From positions 14,392,655 to 14,456,654 of the forward strand of contig NC_134033.1 in NCBI RefSeq assembly GCF_964204645.1: 64,000 nucleotides of DNA, given 5' to 3'. A program made the translations under genes and the position numbers. The DNA comes from Tubulanus polymorphus (lineage: Eukaryota > Animalia > Nemertea). A model generated the notes under the pieces. That model made no database searches. It saw only the letters and a program-made list of their open reading frames with translations, and was not told where the DNA came from. Numbering within the stretch: position 1 is the first letter of the stretch; each line of letters starts with the position of its first letter. Positions 51,684-63,562 of this stretch are shown here, in pieces.

Positions 51684-52844
51684 ATGAGAAACAAAACTCT
51701 TCATGTAGATTGGCGGCAGTTTGTTCAGGATGCGGACGCTTATCTGGATAGGTTACTCTCGCCGACCAGCAACAGAGCTCAACTTGTTTCTGAGCTGCTC
51801 ATACAACCGATCGGTCTAGTCTTCAATATATTTACAGTAATCATACTGATTAAATTGAGGAAAACTCGCAGCGTCCGTTCTACATTCGTCTATCTGATGA
51901 CTTTAGCTGTCACTGATATATGTGTTGTATTTCGACAGATCGTAGTTTATCCTCGTTCTCTAGTCGCTTGGATTCTGGAAGACTGGGCACTTTATCCAAA
52001 TTGTCATAATGTCGTTATCGAACGTCGTTCACTTATTCTAACAGGAGATTGTCCCGCTGTTCTCTACTATTACCACTACGTGTTTAACTATATTTTCTTA
52101 CAGCGTTTCCCAGTTTTTAAATTTGTTGATAGCGTTTTAAGTGACACTGTTATAACGGTCAGTAATTGGACGGTCACGGTTATAGCGTTAGAGCGTTTCG
52201 TTTCTGTACGGGCGCCGTTTTTTCACATGAAACATTTCACGAATCGTAGAAGAATTCAATTCGTGGTTGTCGTCGTGGTTCTGGGCTTTCTGATTCAAAT
52301 TCAACAAAATGTTCTAGATAATCGTTTAGTGTTACTCACATATAAAGACATAAATGAGACATATCTGTATTGGGATTACCGGAGACTTGTTCCACTAGAC
52401 GCTTATGACTACGGCGCCCTTGTCACTGTAACTCTATTCCTGTCTGACTTTATACCAGTAGTGCTGATCACTGGTCTATCTATTGGCACCATCAGCTTCG
52501 TGCGCCGAATGAATAACACTGATATGACATCATCAACCCGTCAAAACAAAAGCGCAAATAAGACATTGTTTTATGTTGTTATTACCTTCCTGGTTATCAT
52601 CGGCCCATTGGCCTTATTAAACATGTTGCGATACACGGGATTTTCTTTGGAGAGAAATCTGTACCCAGCCCCGTCACCATGGACCAGACGAAGGGCGTAT
52701 TTGGTTATTTGTCTGCAGCACGTTCCAAACAGAATTTTCGTCTTGCTGTACTATATCGGCAAGAAGCTAGTCTATTGTGTCAACTTCTTTATATATGTCG
52801 GAACGATTCCTGTTTTCTGGCCAACTTTTAGGAAATTGTTTTAA
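51684..52844 (+). CDS. Intronless orphan class A GPCR, array copy 5
   Basis: 386 aa; same motifs as the other copies. Confidence 0.88.
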   Translation: MRNKTLHVDWRQFVQDADAYLDRLLSPTSNRAQLVSELLIQPIGLVFNIFTVIILIKLRKTRSVRSTFVYLMTLAVTDICVVFRQIVVYPRSLVAWILEDWALYPNCHNVVIERRSLILTGDCPAVLYYYHYVFNYIFLQRFPVFKFVDSVLSDTVITVSNWTVTVIALERFVSVRAPFFHMKHFTNRRRIQFVVVVVVLGFLIQIQQNVLDNRLVLLTYKDINETYLYWDYRRLVPLDAYDYGALVTVTLFLSDFIPVVLITGLSIGTISFVRRMNNTDMTSSTRQNKSANKTLFYVVITFLVIIGPLALLNMLRYTGFSLERNLYPAPSPWTRRRAYLVICLQHVPNRIFVLLYYIGKKLVYCVNFFIYVGTIPVFWPTFRKLF

Positions 52845-53780
52845 AAATTGCCATTTGTACAGGTAAATCATTTACCAAATCAGAGAAGTGTTTCAGTTCA
52901 AATAGAAATCAAATCTTAACGTTACTTCGATATAATGCAATGTTAACCAAAACGTGAATTTAAGAAAATAGAGTCTGTGCATTATCGGCTAAAGAATTAT
53001 GGAGACATTTAGTTCTACAACGCTAAATCAGGGAGCCTGAATTCCTTTTTGGCTTCAGAGGTAAAAACTTTATCGTGTGTTTATATTAAAATGATCTATG
53101 ATTAAAATTCAATAAAATAATTGAAGGAATGTAATAGATCAGGTTATTGTTCGATAAAAAGAGACAATTTTAAAAACCAATTCAACAGAAAAAATGCCTA
53201 AGCCCATTTCATAATCAGAACGTTCCGGTGCCTAATTAACTAGCCCATTTTATAGAATGAGTTTCTAATACATTTCCAATTAGATGTAAATTGAATCCAA
53301 AGAAAAGATTTTGAGAAAACGTGTATTTGCATATATGTAGACGATTCGGATAAACAAGGATCAACATAAAGATTGTTTTATGACATTGCTGTAGGCTTTG
53401 TCTTGTTCGTGAAATATGCTGTATGATTGTCACTTTATATGCTGAAGCACTTTCTGTTTTCAGATATAAGTTTTGTTCAATCCTATCATAACGTACGTAA
53501 TTAAAAGCATGAATGGCAACGAAGATATGAAATAAAAAAATGGAAGAGGATTCCACAAAATCATTTCATGATCAATTAATTGCCTAAGGCTTACATTTCT
53601 TTGCATTAGAGAATTTAGTTTTTACGTAGAATAAATAGATTTCCAATAGCATCCAGAAAACGAAGTTATAATTTTAGATTTTTGAAAAATCCAACAAATC
53701 TATAGACAATAACATGGTGCCAAGAAGAACGATATTTATTGGTAATTGTAATATCAGTTAAATTTGATCGTTTGGTAGCA

Positions 53781-54956
53781 ATGAAAAACAAAACTCTTCG
53801 TAGTGAAGATTGGCGCCAGTTTGTTCGAGACGCGGACGCTTATCTGGATAGGTTACTCTCACCGACCACTAACAGAGCTCGACTTGTTTCGGAGCTGCTC
53901 ATACAACCGATCGGTCTAGTCTTCAATATATTCACAGTTATTATACTGGTTAAAGTGAGGACGACTCGTAGCGTCCGTTCTACATTCGTCTATCTGATGG
54001 CGCTAGCCGTTACTGATATATTGGTCGTACTTCGAGATATATTGCTATTTCCTCATTCATTTGTTGTCTGGGTTCTTGAAGAGCTGGCACTTTTTCCAAA
54101 TTGTCATAACATAATCATCTACCGTCGTTCACTGGTTCTTACTGGAGATTGTCCCGCTGTTCTCTACTATTACCACTACGTGTTTAATTATATTTTCTTG
54201 CAGCGTTCTCCAGTTTTTAAATTTTTCGATATCATCTTGAGATACACGGTTGAGACGGCGAACAACTGGACAGTCACGGTAATAGCGTTCGAGCGTTTAG
54301 TTTCTGTACGGGCGCCGTTTTTTCACATGAAACATTTCACGAAACGCAAACGAATTCAACTCATCATTTTCGTTGTTGTCACGTCTTTCCTGATTCAAAT
54401 TCAGTCAGTTGTCTTAGATAATCAGCTAGTATTACTTACATATAAACTTGCGAATGAGACATTTCTTTATTGGCATTACCAGGGAATAGTTCCAGCTGAT
54501 GCCTACGACTTCGGGGCACTAACAACCGCTACTTTAACCCTGTCCGACGTATTGCCAGTTTTACTAGTCACAGGTCTATCGATAGGCACTATTAGCTTCG
54601 TTTGCAATATGAACAACACTGCTATGACATCATCAAACCCGCATCGTCAAAATAAAAGCGCCAACAAGACATTATTCTACGTAGTTGTTACGTTTCTCGT
54701 CATCATAGGTCCAATAGCCATGCTTGACATGTTTAGATACATTGGCTTTTCTTTGGATAGAAAACTGTACCCAGACTCGTCACCTTGGACAAGACGGAGA
54801 GCGTATTTAGTAATTAATCTACAAATTTTTCCAAATAGAATTTTTCTGTTGATGTACTATGTTTCGAAGAATCTTATCTATTGTATGAACTTCTTTATAT
54901 ACGTCGGCACGATTCCTGTCTTCTGGCCAACTTTTAAACAAATGTTCGCCAAGTAG
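53781..54956 (+). CDS. Intronless orphan class A GPCR, array copy 6
   Basis: First ATG at 53781 (MKNKTLRSEDW). The upstream ~700 bp duplicates that of copy 5. Confidence 0.88.
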   Translation: MKNKTLRSEDWRQFVRDADAYLDRLLSPTTNRARLVSELLIQPIGLVFNIFTVIILVKVRTTRSVRSTFVYLMALAVTDILVVLRDILLFPHSFVVWVLEELALFPNCHNIIIYRRSLVLTGDCPAVLYYYHYVFNYIFLQRSPVFKFFDIILRYTVETANNWTVTVIAFERLVSVRAPFFHMKHFTKRKRIQLIIFVVVTSFLIQIQSVVLDNQLVLLTYKLANETFLYWHYQGIVPADAYDFGALTTATLTLSDVLPVLLVTGLSIGTISFVCNMNNTAMTSSNPHRQNKSANKTLFYVVVTFLVIIGPIAMLDMFRYIGFSLDRKLYPDSSPWTRRRAYLVINLQIFPNRIFLLMYYVSKNLIYCMNFFIYVGTIPVFWPTFKQMFAK

Positions 54957-55841
54957 TCACACATTTCAGAACACTATACGCTCAGAATGTATATTCCATC
55001 CGAAAATGTCATAACAATTTTGTTCACGCTTTGGTCATGACAAAGTAATCTTCAAGTAGCAATACACTTTACAACTCATCAAAGACCTCGACACCGCAAA
55101 CCAAATGAACGATGTATTTTATACATTTGTTTGCAGTTTCGTTGCACGCTAAAGAACAATAGCTAGCCTTTTTATGACATCATACAATTGTCTGTATTTG
55201 ATTTTCAAAAACTGTTGACGATTTGAATAAACAATGCTCAACGTTAAGGTGTTCTGTGACATAATGTTCCGATCCCTAAGCCTTGCATTTTTTCATGAAT
55301 TATTGTGTACGCTTGTCGCTCTATATTCTGACGTGATTTATTGAAAGTATGTTCCCTACGCTCTTTCTAAGTTTTAGTCATTAGTATTGCTCAATATATA
55401 CCGGTATAGTCAAAAGCTTAGATTGCATCGACGATATGAAATAAAAAGATGGAGATGAAATTTCTTTGCATTTGAGAATTTAGTTTTTACGTAGAATGAA
55501 TAGATTTCCAATACCATCCAGAAAACGAAGTTATAATTCTAAATTCAAAAAAGTAACCAAATCTATAGACAATTAAAAAAGAGCCAAGTATGAAGATGGA
55601 AATATGAAAATGATTCCACAAACTCATTTCCACATCAACGAATTGCCTTAGGCCGACATTTCTTTGCATTTCAGATTCAGTTTTTACGTAAATATTATTG
55701 ATTTCCAATTACATCCAGAATGCCTTTAATGAATTCTGATTTTAGATTTAAAAAGATATTCGCCAAATCTATGGACGATTAGAGCCACGTAGGGAGCAGT
55801 TAGAAATTGCAACGTCAGTAGAAGTTGATGGTTTGTTAGCA

Positions 55842-57035
55842 ATGAGGAACAAAACTCTTCGTAGTGTAGATTGGCAGCAGTTTGTTCGAGACGCGGACGC
55901 TTATCTGGATAGGTTACTCTCGCCGACCAGCAACAGAGCTCAACTTGTTTCGGAACTGATGATTCAGCCGATCGGTCTAGTCTTCAATATGTTTACAGTA
56001 ATCATACTGATTAAATTGAGGAAAACTCGCAGCGTCCGTTCAACATTCGTCTATCTGATGACTTTAGCTGTCACTGATATATGTGTTGTATTTCGACAGA
56101 TCGTTGTATATCCTCGTTCTCTAGTCGCTTGGATTCTGGAAGATCTGGCACTTTATCCAAATTGTCATAATATCGTTATCGAACGTCGTTCACTTATTCT
56201 TACAGGAGATTGTCCCGCTGTTCTCTACTATTACCACTACGTGTTTAACTATATTTTCTTACAGCGTTTCCCAGTTTTTAAATTCTTTGACACCATTTTA
56301 AGGGTCACTGTTATTACGGTCAATAACTGGACGGTCACGGTTATAGCGTTAGAGCGTTTCGTTTCTGTACGGGCGCCGCTTTTCCACATGAAGCATTTTA
56401 CGAATCGCAGACGGATCAAACTCATAATTGTCATTGTGGTCATGAGTTTTTTGATTCAAATTCAGCCAGTTGTTCTAGATAATCGTTTATTGTTATTCAC
56501 ATATACAGATATAAATGAAACGTTTCCGTTTTGGGATTACCGGAGACTCGTTCCAAGAGTGGCTTATGACTACGGCGCCCTTGTCACTGTAACTCTATTC
56601 TTGTCTGATGTTATACCAGTAGTACTGATCACTGGTCTATCTATTGGCACCATCAGCTTCGTACGCCGAATGAATAACACTGACATGACATCATCAACCC
56701 GTCAAAACAAAAGCGCAAATAAGACATTGTTTTATGTTGTTATTACCTTCCTGGTTATCATCGGCCCATTGGCCGTATTAGACATATTGCGATATCTTGG
56801 ACTTTCTTTTGAGACCAAGCTATACCCAGCCCCATCACCTTGGACCAGACAAAGAGCATATTTGGCTATCTATCTAATGATCGTTCCCGATAGAATTTTT
56901 CTCTTGATGTACTGTATCGACAAGAAGCTTGTCTATTGTGTCAACTTCTTCATATATGTCGGAACGATTCCTGTCTTCTGGCCAACGTTTAAGAAATTGT
57001 TTTTCAAACGGCCAAAATGTCGGGTAATTCATTAA
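55842..57035 (+). CDS. Intronless orphan class A GPCR, array copy 7
   Basis: First ATG at 55842 (MRNKTLRSVDW); same motifs as the other copies. Confidence 0.88.
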   Translation: MRNKTLRSVDWQQFVRDADAYLDRLLSPTSNRAQLVSELMIQPIGLVFNMFTVIILIKLRKTRSVRSTFVYLMTLAVTDICVVFRQIVVYPRSLVAWILEDLALYPNCHNIVIERRSLILTGDCPAVLYYYHYVFNYIFLQRFPVFKFFDTILRVTVITVNNWTVTVIALERFVSVRAPLFHMKHFTNRRRIKLIIVIVVMSFLIQIQPVVLDNRLLLFTYTDINETFPFWDYRRLVPRVAYDYGALVTVTLFLSDVIPVVLITGLSIGTISFVRRMNNTDMTSSTRQNKSANKTLFYVVITFLVIIGPLAVLDILRYLGLSFETKLYPAPSPWTRQRAYLAIYLMIVPDRIFLLMYCIDKKLVYCVNFFIYVGTIPVFWPTFKKLFFKRPKCRVIH

Positions 57036-57866
57036 TGACCTGAGCTATACCCAGGGAGAGTGGATTTGTAGTTTTAGAAGAACCAACGACGCCGTTGAAT
57101 CAGAAATATTCTACATGAGAGTTACACATTTCGGTAAAATACGTGTACTTATCTTAGATATTTGTAAATATTGTATGGTGAAAATCACTTATGTAGTCTT
57201 ATTAGTCACACATATACAACATTTAGCATAAACACTTGAAACGCGATTCATATGCGAGGGATAGATTGATTTAATGGCAAAGACGGAGTAAAAATATAAT
57301 CATTGGTTTTCATTTGAACAATGATTGAAATTCAAATAACATAACTGAAGGATCGAGTGTTGTAGACCGGCAAACTATTCGCATTTGATGGATGTTTGTT
57401 AAAAATATGTTGTTAATCATTGGTGGTTCATAAACTGCTTCAATAACAAGATCGAATCTGGTTGTTTAATGTTGATCTATGATTGTTTATGTATGGTAAA
57501 CGTTGTGTGTGTCTTATGCTATCGTATGGATGTTTCCAAAATGAAATCCTAATGAAAGTTTTCATTTACAACTAAAAAAGACAAAGGCGTTGTTTTGATT
57601 TTAGCGTATCAGTTTCATATCCTTGCGAAAGAAAATGAATTGGTACATATTTTATGGATATGGAACGGGGTATTTTGATTATTAACCTGCAGTTCATTGC
57701 ACACAGAATTATCATGGTATAAGTGAAACAAAGAAAGTGGTCCATTTTTCTGCCGCCTTGCTGCCATTTCGTTTTTTGATCGACCCCATTGTTTTCTTTA
57801 CTGTGTATAACACTAAAGAAGTTACGTGCACCTGACTAACTAATCGAATATGCAAAAACGGCCATA

Positions 57867-58228
57867 TACGGAAGCCCCTAGGTGACATATGAGATAATTT
57901 TTTTCATAATTTCGACTTACTAAGTCGAATTTCGACATAATAAGTAGAATTTCGTGTTAATTAAGTCGAATTTCGACTTAATAAGTCGAATTTCGTGTTA
58001 ATTAAGTCGAATTTCGAATTTCGACTTAATAAGTCGAAATTCGACATGAAAATAAAACTCGAAATTCGACTTAATTAACACGAAATTCGACTTATTATGT
58101 CGAAATTCGACTTATTAAGTCGAAATTCGACTTATTATGTCGAAATTCGACTTATTATGTCGAAATTCGACTTAATAAGTCGAAATTATGAAAAAAATTA
58201 TCTCATATGTCACCTAGGGGCTTCCGTA
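57867..58228. mobile_element. Near-perfect palindromic MITE with TA ends and an internal ~21-bp self-complementary minisatellite
   Basis: TACGGAAGCCCCTAGGTGACATATGAGATAATTTTTTTCATAATTTCGAC... mirrors ...GTCGAAATTATGAAAAAAATTATCTCATATGTCACCTAGGGGCTTCCGTA. Internal units are ATTTCGACTTAATAAGTCGA-like. Confidence 0.9.
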
Positions 58229-59062
58229 GCCCATAAGCCCGTGAATACCTAGGTAAAAATATAGAAATACTGAACATACGTACGCGATCTGAGTGGACAT
58301 TTTTCGTAAAGCAAGATAGAAAAAAGACTTTTTTCTTGATATGGACTGATTTATTCACATTTATAGTTATATCATGATGAACATGTTGGTATTGGGTACA
58401 AATATATTCGTCGATCGGTTATTACATGTATACATCGAAATATTGTAGGATTTATAGTAATTGATATAAATGAAATATGGTCTTTTGGGGGGGGGGGGGT
58501 TAGAGCTAGTGGACAGGAGATAGTTAGTTGAAATAACGTACGTTCATCATTTTGTTCCAGTTGTATGAATCCATTTTACTGGATACAGATTCAACTGATT
58601 TCCCATAGTTATTTTGCTTGTGGGTCACGGCCGAGTAAAAAGCATTCACTACAATAATTGATTGCTTTTAGGGCATCAGCTGTTTTATCCATTATTTACA
58701 TTATAACCAATAACATTTAATGTTAACTAATACATGACACTTATTGTGCGAAGTTATCCATAACTGACGTTTGGCAATGTCGTCCCTGAACTTGCCCAGA
58801 ATTGTAATTCAAAACCAATTACACCAAATCACAAACAATGCACACGCGTCCGTCGTCCCAAAGCTGATTATGTTGACAACATATTTACGTACAAATTGTA
58901 ATCATTGTAAGATATGTATGTATGTATGTATGTATATATGTATGTATATATTTATATATGTTATGTACAAAATGGAGGAGAAAATCAGGTCGACGATGAT
59001 GGCGATGAAAAATGTAAAACTGAGAGAATTCGATCGGGCATTTTCTTTTTCGTCCGGATTTC

Positions 59063-62000
59063 CTAAACCTGAGCTGGGGGCGGTTTGTATCGATAATCGT
59101 TTGTATTGCGTTGATTTTTGCACATTACAGTCACAAGTACGACTAATAAAACACACAGAAACACGGATAAACCGATAAACGACCACATTTCAGTCGAGTA
59201 AACTTTCCGTTGTCCTAACACGCTTGCTGCCTCCATTTTTTGTAAAAGTCGCGGAACCAACCTGTTCCAAAATGTCACCCAATGCAGCCGTAAATGTTGG
59301 TCCATCCGGCAAGTGCTGCCCTCTATAACTAAATGATCGGATGTCCGCGGTTTAAATTGTTCCCATTTTATATCCTCGATGAATCTGCTATCAGCCGTGG
59401 GATTACTACAAAATATAACAACAGCACAAAGATTATTCGTGGACGAGCAGAAATCCAACAGTTGCTTGCAGTTTCTGAAACAATGCGAATACACTTATAG
59501 CCCAGATTATCAAGGACCTCTCATGATCGTATCCACCATAAAATCATTGGCCCTAAAGTTCGATAAGTACACTAAACCCTCGAAATCTCGATCAATCAGG
59601 ATTTAAACGGTATAGCGTATGGTGGTAGATGTATATCGTGGATTACATTTCACTGGTTCCAACACAAAATCAAATGCTCCGTGCACGGATAAAAAAAGAT
59701 TATTTTTTCCTCTTTTCTAGGGCTGCTTTCTTGTATAAGCTAAATGTTGCTTCAAAGCAGTCCCTCATTTGATATTATTACATCTTTGATGCATTTCCTT
59801 ATTCATTAATTTTGTAAAAATGTTTACTTGAAAATAAATCAAATCAAATCAAATCAAATCAAAGGGCCGATGGCTTATCGGGGTCCGTGTATCAGGGATT
59901 GACTGTATAGTTGTTATACTTCTTCAATCAACACTATCTTATGTGTTTAGATTTAAATGATTGGAATAAGTAAATAGCGACGCATTTAGAGATACCCTAC
60001 CTGTATTTGGCAAAGTTAGTCCACAGCTTCATCATTCGTTTACTGACCAGTCTGTCAGCAGCCGTGAAGTTACCTAAAACCCACAAATTCCTGATCACGT
60101 TACTGGAGAACGGAGCTCCGAACACGTAGTTCAATTCACTTTCGTGATAACTATAATTGTACGCCCATATTCTCGGGTGTTCGTGGAGCGGCGCGTCGAC
60201 CGGTATCGTCGCCTCTCGGATGTAGTCGAACGTGTAGAAGTAGAGCGGCGTCCGATGTCTGGCGAAGTGTTCCGACATCTGGACAGTGGGCGCCACCATC
60301 GATACGTCCGTAAAAAACTGAAACGTTGAAAATATTGTATCAATCATTATTTTCTAATTTGCGTGTATTTGAGGACGTTTTCTATTGATACAGAAAACCG
60401 TCTTCGGATCAAAGCTTTTGATGATCTTTGAAATGATTCAATTAAAGATAAAGGACAAGTGCGGAATATGTTTACTAGCGAAGTTTTTGGGAGTCCTCGA
60501 TAATTGAGTGCCCACACTTGAATTGTTTGAATTGTTTACTTGTACTGATTATTGTTTGGCTTTCATAATGCCATAAATCCCCATAAAATAGTTGCGAAAT
60601 TTCGTTGTTCGCTGGCTTCACTGCCATCGATCTGATTCGTCCGCTCTTTGAGAACTTAATTTTTGCCAGCGGAAACTTATGTTTGTAATAGAACAACCTC
60701 GACTTCCATTTCCCTCACAGCTGTAGCAATGGAGTCCGCCACAATCCGTTTGTTCTACGAAGGCTCTTTAACCACCCTTAACCAATTTGGCACGGTGGTC
60801 GACTCCGAAAGAGAACGAATGTCAGATTAAATAAGCTGGGTCATATTTTTTTCCCTTTCTACCGTGGAGTACAGCACAATGGATGCTACACTGCACTTAA
60901 CTGAGATCTCACTCCGGTACAAGCTATTGAGCTATCAACGACGCTATCGCGATGAGAAGATGCGATCTTTTAATTTCCGGATCATTCGATACCAACTTGG
61001 TAATGCAATCAGTAATTGATCCTCATCTACCGATGTACGGGAGATAATTAAACGCCGTGACCTGCCGGAAGTTGCGACGACTACTTGTCGTCTGTTAACC
61101 TTTGTTTAACCGACAGCCGATTCAAATTGGCGTGACGTCATTGATACTTTTTATTAGGTTTAGTTTTCATCAAACACTCTCTGACGTCTTTCTGTGACTT
61201 GTAAGCGAGATTTAGCTAGAATTTCCAATTGAATTTGATCCTTTTGGTTCAATAGAATTTATCTATTCATTTATTCGTTTAGCACAATACTTAATTGAGT
61301 CGTACGAGGGCCGTTTTAACCCGCTGGTGTCGAATCAGTAAACCTGCAAACAATATTTGTACTTTGAAAACTAGATTTATCAAAGTTAGTACGACTAGTG
61401 CATAATTAGCTTCATCATGTAAAATGAGCGACTCGCCACCCGATGCAGCTGTGGCTTACTAATAGCGAAAGATCGTATTTTCCTACCAACTCTATTTTAG
61501 CCTACAAAGTACTATCAGTCTTCAAGTTTACTGATTGAATTCAATATTGTTCAACCTTCGATCGGAATCATTAGCCTTACGTGCCATAAACACTATACGA
61601 AGAATGGGGTGCATCATACATGTATCATCAAGTGAGCGAATGAATCGAAGAACGCCATTTTCAAATGAGACCACCATCAGAGGTCACATTTTGCTAAATC
61701 TCTACAAAATATACGTTACTACATGGACGGATATATGCCGACGGATACCTGTATATATTGTTCCCTGTTGGACATCGGATTGTTCGGCTGCGTCCAATTC
61801 GTGTATTCAAATAAGATGACGTCGACTAGGTCACGTGGCCATTCGAATCGTACCGTGGTGACGTATTCAATCGCCAGCTCGTAGGTCGTCCGGTCGAATC
61901 CTTTCGAAAAGTCGTCTGAAACTGAATTTATAACTGTTCGCCTTTGAATAAGTACCCGTTCTGCGAATAAACCCTACGAAATCGTTGCTACCTTACTTAG

Positions 62001-63562
62001 ATCGTGGTCGAAGTCCTCCAGGAACCAGCCCATATTTTTGGCCCATTCGTGTTTCGTCGTGCCGGCCATCACCGGAACTTTGTTGAACAGGCCGCCTTTT
62101 AGTAACATGTCGACGCTAGATGGCAGCACATGACCGTCGATCCACGGCTTTAAATCGGTCGCTGATGGCGTTATTCTCGGAAACTGTGACCACCCCCAAG
62201 AACAATGCAAAGTAACTCGATTATCGTTGTCAACAATATCAGGATCATTCAAAGCCTAACGCGCACGAGGCAGGGAACCCGAAAACAGGAAACAAGGAAC
62301 TTGTTTCCGCACGTTTCGCTCTGTCCAGTGCGTTAACGATGTTTCATTGTTTCCACATGTTTCCCGTCGTCGTATGCGTTTGGCTAAAATGAAGCTGGAT
62401 GTACCAGGGGTTTGGCCCCGGTTTTCTCGGAGCCCCGAAGTGTGTTACGTGTAGGTTACTGTGCTGCCGTCCCCTTCAATTATATCATTTTGATTTTTTC
62501 TTTTATCTTACCCTTATCCACATTGTGTGTACTTTATTGACTTCATACTCGAAGTTTTTTATCGTAAAATTTTAGAGCTCAATAAATTTCTATTGTATTG
62601 TACTTTATTGTATTGTGTACCTACTCTATGTTCGAAGAATTTTATCCAAGGCGTCGTTTTCAGGCATCGTTTTATTTCGGCCATCTCGTCGTGTTTACAG
62701 TCGACGATGTTAGCCACCTCGTAGAAATAGGAACTAAGATCAGTGGATTCTTTATGGACGGCCCAGAATGAGTTCATCGCACCGCTTTCTATAATTGCTC
62801 GATGAAATAAACCTGAATACGAACAAAAAAGTATTTTGAGGAGAAGAGAACACGGTGTGCGTGGATTCAATATGACTACTGCACTATGGTGTCGTTAGTA
62901 AACACGATTGACCAAATGACTAGAATTATTGGTCTTGCAATACTCCTCTAACCACCAGTGCTAGGAGGGGGCCTTGCCATACATACCAACAAAAGTTAAT
63001 CGTGGGGATTACATACTTCGAGAGTAAGCCATCTAAACAAATCATCTCAAGTCAAAAACGCTAATGGCTGGTAGAAAACTATAGTTGGACAAGAAGTTAC
63101 TGATCCGAAAAGCTGAATTCCAAATATTGGGCCAAATGATTGCTTCGTTATCAATATTGCTGTGTGGTGGCGCCACCGTGCATCTGGCGGGATCTTCGTC
63201 AACCAAATTCGGATTATGGAATTTTACAATTGAAGAAACTTATTTACAATCATATTTACATAAACGTCCTTACCCATTGGCAACCGCAAGCGTAGATGCC
63301 AAGCTGCTGGACTGGGATATCTTGTGAATAAGATCGGTCATTAAGTTCAGCTAACTTATACTAAACCATCGTTTACCTTTTGACATCGGAGAAATCGTAA
63401 GCAGTCCGACGCTGGCGCCACCTGCGCTGTTTCCGAAAATCGTCACTTGATTTCTATCTCCCCGAAACGCGTATATATTCTCCTGTATCCACTTCAGCGC
63501 GAATATCTGGTCGGACAAGCCGTAATTGCCGGCCATATTTTTATCGCCGGTCGTCAGGAATC
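59063..63562 (-). CDS. Type-B carboxylesterase/cholinesterase-fold protein with C-terminal TM (neuroligin-like topology), 5'-incomplete; exons 63562-63377, 62812-62625, 62183-61997, 61915-61749, 60317-60001, 59405-59063
   Basis: [25 protein letters not shown]...[44 protein letters not shown]; [24 protein letters not shown]; ends ...PPPAQV*. Confidence 0.9.
59836..59863 (+). repeat. (AAATC)n short tandem repeat after AATAAA, probable retroelement tail
   Basis: GAAAATAAATCAAATCAAATCAAATCAAATCAAA seen directly. Confidence 0.6.
62253..62385. mobile_element. Small intronic MITE with imperfect TIRs
   Basis: AGCCTAACGCGCACGAGGCAGGGAAC pairs with GTTTCCCGTCGTCGTATGCGTTTGGCT. Confidence 0.5.

Noticed and set aside
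57905-58190. CRISPR-like short palindromic repeats
   Set aside because: No unique spacers, eukaryotic context, no cas genes; the repeats are enclosed by MITE TIRs.
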